Positions 42,951 through 53,493 of a stretch of 64,000 nucleotides of DNA are shown one piece after another. The stretch comes from Vicugna vicugna (taxonomy: Eukaryota). How positions within the stretch are numbered: position 1 is the first letter of the stretch; each line of letters begins with the position of its first letter. Where the stretch lies: contig MU058844.1 in assembly GCA_013265495.1 (NCBI GenBank), positions 8,801,490-8,865,489 on the forward strand. The letters run 5' to 3'. The notes under the pieces are model-generated. The model saw nothing but the letters and a program-made list of their open reading frames with translations. It did no database searches and was not told where the DNA came from. The position numbers and the translations under genes are program-made.

Positions 42951-44589
42951 TACTTAGGGTAGAAATTCTCCCTTGCTCTTTCAACCTCCCATGGGCTGAA
43001 ATTCTGTTTCTGTGTCTCTGAGTAAAGCCCACACGTGGCCAGGCATTCTACTTATCCCTACTTGACTGCTTGATTCTGACCTATTATGTGTGGACATGAT
43101 GATTCTCAGATGATCTCCCTACTAAAATATTTGTGCATAATTTATCACTACACCTCAATGGTACATCTTGTTGTCTGTTTTTTTGTCCCAAGGCTCTCTT
43201 TATATCCTGACTTCCTCCTAAACTTGCTGAACTCTTTCAAGATTATTAAAGGTCAGTTAAATGACTTCTACAATAATGTGGCATGAGATATTGAGTCACA
43301 ATGGTAAAAAGGGAGAAAAACTAAGAAATGTTTTATAGTTAAAACTCAACAAATCTTAGTATTGTATTAGACTCAGGATCAAAATTCAGAATTAAATAAA
43401 TGGCGATTCCAAAATTATGACCCTTAGTTATTGGGAGGATGGATATATCACATCTCTAGAGAAAAGGAACACTGAGAGGAGTGAGGAATAAAAAAGAAAA
43501 GAAAGAAATTTGGTTCTGGCTACATTAAGTTTCACAGTGAGATATAGTAGGAGCTAAATAAGTTGCATTAAAAGGTACACAGTAGGGTATTTAGGAATTT
43601 AATTGTAAATTTAATTGCAGTTATCAGACTAAGGCATAGATTGATATCTAATTTTGCCAGTTTCAAGGCCAATTTATTTCAAATTGAATGTGCTACACTC
43701 AATTGATAATAATTTAAAAAAATACATAAAATGCTCTCACTGAGGCAGAATCTGCTTTACAGATATATTCAGTTGATCTCAGAAAGTTTCAGTAGTAAAT
43801 TTGAAAATACTCAACAATTTTTATTTATGACTTTAATAACTTTAAAGTGAAATTAAAAATCAGTCTAAAATATTCTCACTAATGATGCTAAGGTTTTAAC
43901 TGCAAGTAATTCTGAAGGTGTTTTAATAAATATCTTATTACAGGATTCTATTTTATAAAGAAACAGAGGTTTAAAGGAAGACATTCCTGATAACTTGCTT
44001 AAGCAAATGTATATAGTTATTTGTAAAATTTATTCAATTAATTAATGCATTTTTATTTAGAAAGCAAAGAAAAATTTTCTCTCTGTTTTCTTTCACTTCT
44101 CTTTGTCTCGTTTTTTCTGCTATAACCCAAAACAACTAACACTTTTCACTCTTCTAGAACACTAAGATTCCTTAGTTATAAGGTGAAAACTCAGTGACTA
44201 TTTGTCAAACTGATTCATTAATTACAGTAATCACATATAAATGCATAGGTAAAGGTTGATTAACGTAGACTTCACAAAATATGCCTCGTGAAAATTGATA
44301 CTTACACAAATGTGTGGAAGCACAAGAGTCAGTGCCCATGTGCTTATATGACTTTCATATTCTGCAGTTCATGTTTTTAGACAGGTAAGAGGAATAGTGT
44401 GTAGCATAAACATAACAGGTTACATGAATCCCCTATAATAATGCTTACTATTTGTGATAGAATTGGGTATTAATTTTATGACCATTGATTCCAATTAATT
44501 GCATGTATATTTGTAATATACCCATAACAGAAATTTTAAACATAACATCTTATCTACATATCTTTTATTTTCATCATCACTTTCACAAA

Positions 44590-44976
44590 CTGTATGTGAA
44601 AATGGCTAAGCTTTTATCAAAAAGCCTCTTCATTCTTCTTCCAGCCTTAAGGCTAGAATATTTTTCTAGCCTCTCTTGTAATTAGATGTTGCCATGTGAG
44701 TTATTCTCACTAGTGGCATATGAGAAAAGTGTGTGTCACTTCTGCACCAAGGATTTTAGAAGTAGTAAGGTATGCTTCCTCTCCCACCATCTGGGTGCAA
44801 AGCCCAAAGAAATGATAGATATCAGACAAGAAGGGAACCTAAATTACTGTGGGGAAGAAAGTGGCCCACTGACCAATACTCACCTTGGAATACCGAAAAA
44901 ATGAATAATAAACTTCAGATGGGTCTGGGACCCATTATTTATTTGGGATTGTTTTGTTGCCTGTCCTAAACAATAC
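44590..44976 (+). mobile_element. Old MaLR LTR (MLT1I/J-like)
   Basis: GCCATGTGAG, GTGTGTCACTTCTG, AATAAACTT, ends AATACA. Confidence 0.65.
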
Positions 44977-45934
44977 AGTGTAATAATATCATACAGCTTT
45001 ATTGTTGAATGGAAATGAAATAAAACGCACATTCCCACAAAACTATAGGTAGGTAAAGTGTATGATGGAAGTTATTTCTATCATCTATTCAAATCCACTC
45101 AAAGTTTTAAATTCAATAGTAAGCATAAGTGCAGAAAATGTCATTTAATTGTTTTAATAATGTTACTGTAAACTTGTGAATATAGGCAAATATTTTCATA
45201 AATGAATAACTAGATAGCTGAAATGAGGTGATATTGAGATTAAAATGTCTGTTACAATTGTAAATATTTGCTTCCTTTTGTATCAAAATTATATTTGCAT
45301 TTAAAGGACAAATTATTGCCACTTACTAAATCTTTGTTATTGTCATAGCCCTTGTTGTATTGTCATAGCCCATACTTAATTACCCATTTTCTTTGGTGCC
45401 TGGTCTTAGTACACTTTATTTTGACATACAAAACCATCCTTGGTTTAAATAGAACAAGCACTTTTTATTACTATTACTATCATTGTATTACTAACATACT
45501 ATGTGATATTCAGAATACCTAAAGAGATAGGCCATCATAGTAAAAAGCCATAGTTGTATGTCATGCTCCTCTTAAAAGAGTATATAGATAAAAAGACCAT
45601 ATTTGAAATAAAATGTGCAGAAGAATTAGTAAGTGTAGCTATTAATATTGTGTGCCTCTGTGGATTAATTTTTTTCATTGATGTTAGGCACTAAAACTAA
45701 TGAAAGAGGTGGCTTCCACTACCTCTGCCTAAACTTAGTTGAATATCTAGTAAATAAGCATATTTTATCTTAATCATTGATCCTTGGCTTTCAAAAACCA
45801 TTAAGAACAGAAGATAATCTCATCATAATTGATTTTGTATTGTTTAAGAGTTTTTTTGTTTAGACTAAAAAATATCAGCTGTTTTTCTTGTTCTGTACTT
45901 ATTTTATTCTCAGATTTCTTCAGTTTTATTTAAT

Positions 45935-46130
45935 TAGTGTCCTCAAAGTGAGATTCCAGACCTCAGAGTATTCTATTACCAGGGAACTTACTAGAAAGGA
46001 AAATTCTTTGACCATTCCACAAAATCCAAAACTCTACGGAATCTGAAACTCTGGGGATGGGGCCCTGAAATCTGTGTTGTAACAAACACTTCAGAGATTC
46101 TCTTGCATGCTAAACGTGAGACCCACTATA
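45935..46130. mobile_element. MER5A-like hAT-Charlie MITE
   Basis: CTCAAAGTG...GAATCTGAAACTCTGGGGATGGGGCCC...AATCTGTGTTGTAACAA...TGAGACCCACT. Confidence 0.82.
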
Positions 46131-46831
46131 CTAGATGAACCCCTGTAGGGGGGTGATTTTTCTTCATGTGAATAGGTTGAACTAATACTTTCTGCAAAAT
46201 TCCTTCTTAAAATGCCTCAATTTTGATGGGAAATGTTGTTTACACTCTGCAGTGGTGTTAAGCATCAGAATGTGAGAGCACATAGTAATCTAAGATGAGA
46301 ATGACCACGAAGATTATATCTTCTTACTAAAATATTCCTTGCTCCATGACTGCTTTCTGCCATCCATTATCAAATTGTTTCTTTCTGTAATATCAACTAT
46401 CAGGTAGTCTTTAAATCTGTCTACTATCAATTGCATGTGGGCATTATATTTAGAATTAATACTTTCATTCGTTGTATGAATAGGAGTAAGGCAAATCAAG
46501 ACTTTTCTTGTAAATACTAGCAACATTACTTGGCAAATGTTGATTACCAAGGAAATTCCTTATTAGTTTAATAAGGAATTCTTGTACAAAGAGACAATAT
46601 TAACTGTCTTTTAAAGATATGAAGGTTTCTGAGGTATAAAGAACATTTAATGTCTTCTAGGGAATTCCAGAGAGTGAAAGTTATGAGTACTCACATATGA
46701 TTAGTAGGATAAACCTATTATTAAATTAGATCTATCTGAAAACAGACTGGGATGCCTTATGGCTTAATGAGTTTTCCTGTCGTTAAGAGATTTAAGCCAA
46801 CATCAAATGGTAGGTTGATTGGGGGGTCTAG

Positions 46832-46980
46832 ATCCTTGCTACTCAAAGTGTGCTTCACTGGGCATAGTTTGTTACAGTGCAGAATCTCAGGGTCCAATCC
46901 AGTCTTAGTGAATCAGAATCTGCATTTTAACAAGATCTGCAGGTGATCTATATGTACGCTATATTTGAGAAACAGTGCTC
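46832..46980. mobile_element. MER5-type hAT-Charlie MITE
   Basis: GCTACTCAAAGTGTG...GCAGAATCTCAGG...GAATCAGAATCTGCATTTTAACAAGAT...TTTGAGAA. Confidence 0.82.
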
Positions 46981-48059
46981 CAGCTAACATCTAATGAATC
47001 TTCATAATACTCTTATACTTAATTTTCATAGGATTATGTTGTGATGCAGAATCTGTATAACGGTCTAGAAGAGAAGGGTGGTAAATGCATGAGACTGATC
47101 TCATATTTTATTGAGGTTGTTAACTGAATTAAATGTTACTCCCCAAAATGAAACAGTCTGTTTCCTCAACTGTAGTCAATGTAAGTGAGCTGGAATTTGA
47201 ATATTATTTCTATAGTTAGCTTTGGACTCTGCTTTACAACAGAAGTGAAACATAATTTTTGGATTTGTTGCACTAAATCATAAGGGTATTTGTACAAACT
47301 TCCAAATTATACCCAATGTTGAACCCTTCTTTTAAATCCCTCCTGCATGCTCTCTTCCTTTTCACTATAACTAGGATATCTTAATTTCCCTCCCTGAAAC
47401 CTTCTCTTTTTGCTTAGAGTAGGTACTGGTTTTGTCTTCTGCTTCCTTCCCTATCTCTGATGGGTTTATATGAATGGACAGCAGAGGCAGAAAGAAAGGA
47501 GAATAGTAAAGGAATGCATTGGTATGGGGGAACTGGAAAAGATTAAGGGACCAGACTTTTTGCTCAAGGCTAAAATTTACTCAGGCAGAGCGTACTTAAC
47601 ACACAATCCTCATCGCCAAAGCAAAGACTAGAGAAGAGCTGGAGAGGTAATGAGAAGTGACAGATGCTGCCACACCCTAGATTGGCTCAGGTCTCTACAA
47701 CCATGACTACCGTGCCCTGGTCCTGGGAGAAGGAAGCCGCTTAAAGAAACGACAAGCACGGAAGGCCAGAGAGCCTGAAGATGCCCAAGCCTGTTCCGGT
47801 CCCCAGCAGTGCGGGTCAACACACGCCTTCCTGTAGAGACCATTGTTTGTGGGAAGCCCAGGCAAGGAAGAGCGTACCCTCTTCCCACACCTGCCCAACC
47901 CCAGCCCTGCCTTCGCGGGGGCACTGGGACCAGCGCGAGTCTCAGCAGCCCGGGAGCGGCTTTGGGGGAGTCGTGTGTATCCGCGAGCGCGTGTGCGTGA
48001 GGAGGAGAGCAAAGACGTGATTACTTCAGAATTTATTTAAGGGCCGGTGGAAACCACTG

Positions 48060-48221
48060 CAGCAGCTTCCAGGGGAAGCCCTCCTTTCAGAGGAAGAGGA
48101 GGTGGCGGCTGCCAAGGAGGAGGAGGAGGGGGGAGAGACGGAGGAGGAGGAGCAGCAGTAGCAACAGCACGAGGCAAGTGAGGAGAGAAGATGCTATAGC
48201 ATCCGCACCGGCGTCCCGCAG
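48060..48221 (+). other. PPFIA2: Predicted non-coding exon 1 (5' UTR); start position approximate
   Basis: Inside the CpG island, downstream of a TATA-like TATTTAA; ends at donor CAG|gttggt; resembles my recollection of the human PPFIA2 mRNA leader (GAGGCAAGTGAGGAGAGAAGATGCT). Confidence 0.7.
48090..48168 (+). repeat. (GGA)n/(GCA)n low-complexity tract in exon 1
   Basis: (GGA)4 at 48116-48127 and 48140-48151, followed by GCA/GTA triplets. Confidence 0.9.
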
Positions 48222-48937
48222 GTTGGTTCTCCCCGCCAACTGATGCCAGCAAAGAGGCTTACAAAGAGGCTGGGAGCAGAAACTGGGTGGAGGGGGGTGG
48301 GGAGGGGTGACTGCTTGCCTTTCTGGGGAAGAAGCACCTCTTTGAAGTTAAACGAGACACCCTAGCTTGTAACTAGGCAGGGGGCCAGGAGGGGACCTGT
48401 CCTGCTTCTCCCATCCCTGGGGACTCGCTTCCCTTTCGCTTTGCAACTCCCGGCGGTAGCCATAAACTCTGGAGGAGCTCCGGGTGGAGGACTGCTGGAG
48501 AAATTCCCTTCCAGATACTCCTCAAGCCTTTTCCTAAAGCTCACATTCGGGGGTACAGCCTCTGGTGGCCAGGACGCGGAGGGGGAGCAGCGCCGCTTGG
48601 TTAAGTTTCTACAAGTCAAATCCAGTCCCCACTTCCCAGCTCCCCGCCCCAGGTCTCCAGCTGCACGCGGAGAGCTGCGGCTGCTCCGGCAATCGGGCCG
48701 CTGCTGCTTTAAGAGCCGCCTCCCCCTCTCCTCCCTTTGACAATGGTCTGAACCGAGCTCTGCTTCCCAAAGCAAAATTTGTAATATGCCATTTTTCCGA
48801 TGGACGCTTCTCCTTTTGGCTGCTGACGGGGCCGCGGGAAGATGCCGAGTTTCTGCCACGCCACCCAGCCGGGGCACGTTCCGGGAGGACGCCCGGGCAA
48901 GCGAGTGTCTAAGCTGCCTTTCTCCTCCCGTTGCTAG

Positions 48938-49044
48938 GGAAGTGGTCCAGGAGTGCCGGGTGTGAGCCTCCCCTCTCGTCAAGCCGGAGACTGCGGTTGT
49001 CATTGATCAATTGAAGAAGCAGAATCCGAAATTACAGACATTAG
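48938..49044 (+). other. PPFIA2: Predicted non-coding exon 2 (107 nt, 5' UTR)
   Basis: Acceptor ctaag...cctttctcctcccgttgctag|GG and donor TTAG|gtacag; splicing to 53243 gives CAGACATTAG-CAATGATG, as I recall for the human mRNA; no ATG inside. Confidence 0.8.
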
Positions 49045-50789
49045 GTACAGAAACTGTATTTGAGTTACACGGTTTCCCATCCGATTTATTTTTTCCTACC
49101 CCCTCCCCCTTCCCCCGGCCCCACCCCGCCCCCAGGGAAGATGAGATGCAAATTCCCTCCTTGTCAATTACTGTTTGTACCTTTTGCTTTCCACCCTCAT
49201 CCTCTCCCTTCTCCTATTTCTCTACCTTCTCCCCACTTGGTTCTCTCCTACTGGGCAGGATGAAGAATTTTGGTGTGGAAATTATGAAGTCAACTTCTTC
49301 AGGGTGGTGGTGGGGGGGTGTGGCTGAGAGAGAACTGTCCAGCCCTGTGGGGTGAGCTGGCTCTTCGGCCATCTGTAAATGCACTGGGGTAAAGAAAGTG
49401 CAAAATGCTTCCATTAGAGGTGATAATAATACTTCCTGAGGACAGGGGACCTCAAAGAGTTAAATAGGAGGAGGAATATTCATGTAATGTAATCAGACAA
49501 TGGCTAGAATTTCTTTCACCGAATTACTCCTTGTGGGTTAACTGAGGTGGAGATAGGTCAATTCTTAACACTAAATCTTTGCGGAAGAAACTAACTACAG
49601 AGAATAACTGCATCTTTGTCTCTAGCAGGATCCAAATCCTAATGATTTGTTTGAATAAAGTGATTCATTGACAGAAAAAAAGCCTTTTATTACACTGTCA
49701 TATCTGAATAGGTACTGTTTGAACAGCACATATTGCTAAGAAACATATTGGATCTTGAAAGCCCTTGGGTAATGACTTCAGGGGACATTCAAAACTTTTA
49801 TTTTGAAATCTGAGAGATTTAGAAGACAGTCAAGGTTATGTGTTAAGAATAAAGGAGTTGGTTTTCCTGGTATAAAATTCTTGAAGCTCAATTTAAGCAC
49901 TGAGATAATTAAACCAACTAAGTTTATTATTTTTTTTCTTTTCACAATAAAATAAACAATTGCTTTAACTAGACCTTGAACCTTCAGTAATTTAATAAAC
50001 AGTGCATTAACATCTAGAGGAGTGTAACTCAAATCAATTGGCTTTGGGGAGAGGATGAGGAAAAGGAAATTATCAAAGCAAATTGTAAATGTATGCCTTT
50101 TCTTGTTTTTCAAGAATCATGTGATCTATGCAGTTTTTAATATTGAAAATGATTCTAAAGTTAAAAGTAGTATACGAGAATGAACTAGACTTGAGATTGA
50201 ATGACTACAGCCTTCTGGACTATGCAAGTTGCTTCAGATGTCATCCATTCTATAAGAGGGTGTTTAACTCTTACATTGAATACAGATTATTAATTGCTTT
50301 TAATACCCAAAATGTGCACTTAAGAAAAAAGTTATACTATATTTTAAGAAATATACAACTATTTTGTAATTTATATTAGACGGAATCTCAGTACTTTAGC
50401 AAGAAACTAAGTTAGCTCTTTAAAGTGGCCTTATTTTTCACAGACAGATTTCTTTCCTTTTAATTTTGGCGAAAAGATTTTAGATTTACTCATTTGAGTT
50501 GACTGTGAGGAAAATGAAGCATATATTCATCTTATTTCCTAAGTAACTTTTGCATAGTTTGATTTTTTTCAATTGAATTTTAGAAGTTTATAGTACCCGC
50601 TGGAATTAAACGTTTAGGCATGGAAGCAGCATGAATCATAAAGGTAAAATAGACTTTCTGCAGAGATGAATGTTGATAATTTTATGATACATACTTGAAT
50701 TTGTAATAGCTGTTTATAATTTTACTTTGTGTTCTCAGTCAGGTATCCTATTGGAAGCTTACAATAGGCTTGTTTTAAAAAAAATGCCT

Positions 50790-50930
50790 GGATTATTATT
50801 CCTCTTTACAGAAGAGAAAATTGAAGTTTAGAGATGTGAAGTGACTTGCCCTGGTTCACATGCCTTAGGAGTAGAATTGAATCAAGTTCTTCTGGTGTAG
50901 ATTTAGTAGACCTTCTAAATCCCTTAGCTG
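50790..50930 (-). mobile_element. MIR SINE in PPFIA2 intron 2
   Basis: TTTACAGAAGAGAAAATTGAAG...AAGTGACTTGCCC. Confidence 0.72.
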
Positions 50931-52764
50931 CTTCTCATCACAGCATCTTTCAACTAACTAAATCAAAGACCAGCTTTTATACTGATCTAAGAGGCTAAAG
51001 TTTGGAAATGTCTAATGTCCCACGGTGATGACAAACGTTTGTTAGAATTAGGGTAGTATATTCAGAAGAAAACTGTAGCTTAGGTAATCAGTGCAGTCAT
51101 ATTTTTCCTTGGAATTTAAAGTTGTTGTAAGTAATTCAGAGTAGAGATGGGCTGATAGCTTTCTTTCAGGGAGGATATGATTTAAAATATAGTTTTAAGA
51201 ATGTTTAAGTGATCTTAAGTTTAAACCTTATAAGTGTTTTGGCACAGACTGTCACAGTGCTACCATTTCCTCCCTCAGTATTTTGTTTTAACTTTAAATG
51301 TCAAGAAGAAACACATTGGCTCCTGATCATGATTTCTCAGAATGACACAGCTGTTCAGTGTGTGGATTTCATGCATGGCATGTGAACTAATTGCTTTAAA
51401 TATTCAAATGTGTTGGAATATTTTTTTTGTTTCTAGTTCTTTTTTAATTAATGCAAAGAAAATTTGTAGCAGTTAGAAAATAGTCTCTTTTTTTCCCCTT
51501 CTTTGCGATATATCATTTGAATGAAATTCAAAATGAAAAAGATACAAAAAGTGTATTTTCATTCATTAAGTGGTTAGCATTAATAGCAAATGTATGAATG
51601 TGAGTGTGTGTGTGTTTAAATGCATCCTATATATCTGCTCTGCGCTTTACTTTAGGGGGAATAAGAAATTGAACAAGTCAAGTTCTTGCCTTTGGGTAGC
51701 CCAGTGTTTTGAATGATGCTTTGATAATTCAAAGCATTATCTTCAATTGTCCTATAATTTACCTCCACATTATTATTATTATTATTTTTTGTATAGACTA
51801 CCAGTCACAACATACCTTTCTTTGCCTTTTCAAAAGTTTCTCCTAGTTTTCAGTTGGCCCTGACCAAATAATTTACAGATAATTGAATTTTTCTCCTCAA
51901 TAACCCAATTTATATGAAGAATCAGAAAAAAGTAATTAACTATTGAGCTGTTAAGTCTTGGCATTTTATTTGAAAATATCACGAGAAATATTTTCCCCAA
52001 GGACAGAAATATGCAGAAAGAAAAATGAATTGACCTTGCATTATAAAACCAAAGAATTCTTCAGGATCAACAACCCTGCCAAACCAGCCTTTCTCCACAA
52101 CAGACTTCTGCAAAAGCAAGCCCTCTAATTAATAGCTGCTGGACTCAGTACAACAACTGAAATTGAGATGGGTTTGATTTTTTTTTAACATAAGATTGAA
52201 GAGAGAAAATGAGATAATTTCTGATTTTCAAAATGCCACACAATAAGTCACTGTTACACCTTTATGTCTGTGTTGTCTATTTTAAATAAATAAACAATTT
52301 AAAAATATTCTGAACAGTTCATTTATTTTATGACTGGTTGCTTCTGATTAGCAGCTAGGATGTGAAGTTACTACATTAGCTAATGCAATTTATGGCATCT
52401 GTTTTATGGAATATTTGAAAGAGTGTTAGTTTATATTGTTTGGATGGAAACCAGACAATACAGCACCCAGGAAACAAAGGAATATTAAGTGTAATTAGTA
52501 GGACAATACCCTAAACAAATTTATGTATCTGAGCCTATTTCATAATGCTTACGTCTAAGTCAGTCAGTATCACTTACCTCTCTGCATAGACTACTGTAGG
52601 AATTCAGGAAGAAAGCATATAAAAATAATAAAATGGAAGTCGTAAAGTCTAGTAGCTTTAAGTTAGTAGTAAATAACTTGCTGATAAAATTAAAAAGTAA
52701 AAGCTGATTATTTTATAAAATTAATAATTATTTGTGGATTTTCTAAATGAAAGAATGAACATTA

Positions 52765-53175
52765 ATTCATTCAATTATTTAAGTAATACAAACATCATTT
52801 ACTTCCTACCTGTTAAATGCCAAACTCTGCTTGCTGTTCAATATAATAACAAATAAGGGTAAGATGGAGGTATTAGTTATAAGGTATTTGAAAGGTGCAG
52901 GGGAAGAAAGGTGTAATAAGGGTAGTAACATGTTACTATAAATTGAATTAGATTGGATAAATCATGAAAAAAAAAGTTTGAGAACTAGAGGAAATCAAGA
53001 TATATTTTGTAGGCAGGAGATCTGTATGTTGTCATAAAAAGAGAAAGCATACTATTTGGAGGAAGTCAGTGAACCATATTTCATTGAGGTCAAATTTTTT
53101 AGCATGGTTGGAGTTGGGGCAGTGGGTAGAGGAGAGACAATTAGGCTGATGAACTACAAAGAGTCTGGTGAGTTG
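52765..53175 (-). mobile_element. Highly decayed L2 just upstream of the first coding exon
   Basis: ATTCATTCAA start; GAGAGACAATTAGG...GTCTGGTGAG resembles antisense L2. Confidence 0.45.
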
Positions 53176-53244
53176 GGGGTCAGGTGGCAATATTGGAAAC
53201 CTTTTCTTTACTAAGACTTCCCTCCCCTTTACTTTCTTTAAGCA

Positions 53245-53493
53245 ATGATGTGTGAAGTGATGCCCACGATTAATGAGGACACCCCAATGAGCCAAAGGGG
53301 GTCCCAAAGCAGTGGCTCGGACTCAGACTCCCATTTTGAGCAACTGATGGTGAATATGCTAGATGAAAGGGATCGTCTTCTAGACACCCTTCGAGAGACC
53401 CAAGAAAGCCTCTCACTTGCCCAGCAAAGACTGCAGGATGTCATCTATGACAGAGATTCGCTCCAGAGACAGCTCAATTCAGCCCTGCCACAG
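53245..53493 (+). CDS. PPFIA2: Liprin-alpha-2, first coding exon (83 codons; gene continues beyond window)
   Basis: Translation [83 protein letters not shown] is the liprin-alpha-2 N-terminus. Acceptor ctttaag|CAATG (AG 53241-53242) with pyrimidine tract and TACTAAG branch-like site at 53209-53215; phase-0 donor CAG|gtatgc at 53493/53494. Confidence 0.97.

Larger units (their letters stand above)
47700..49135. promoter_or_regulatory. CpG island / PPFIA2 promoter
   Basis: Abrupt rise in GC and CpG in a CpG-depleted window; inverted CCAAT (ATTGG 47681-47685), GCGCGTGTGCGT (47987-47998), GACGTGA (48014-48020), TATTTAA (48034-48040). Confidence 0.92.

Noticed and set aside
47628..49414. Many overlapping ORFs up to 213 aa on both strands
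   Set aside because: Expected from stop-codon scarcity in a CpG island; low-complexity products with no recognisable domain.
53032..53444. Antisense ORFs over the coding exon
   Set aside because: Shadow frames of the PPFIA2 exon.
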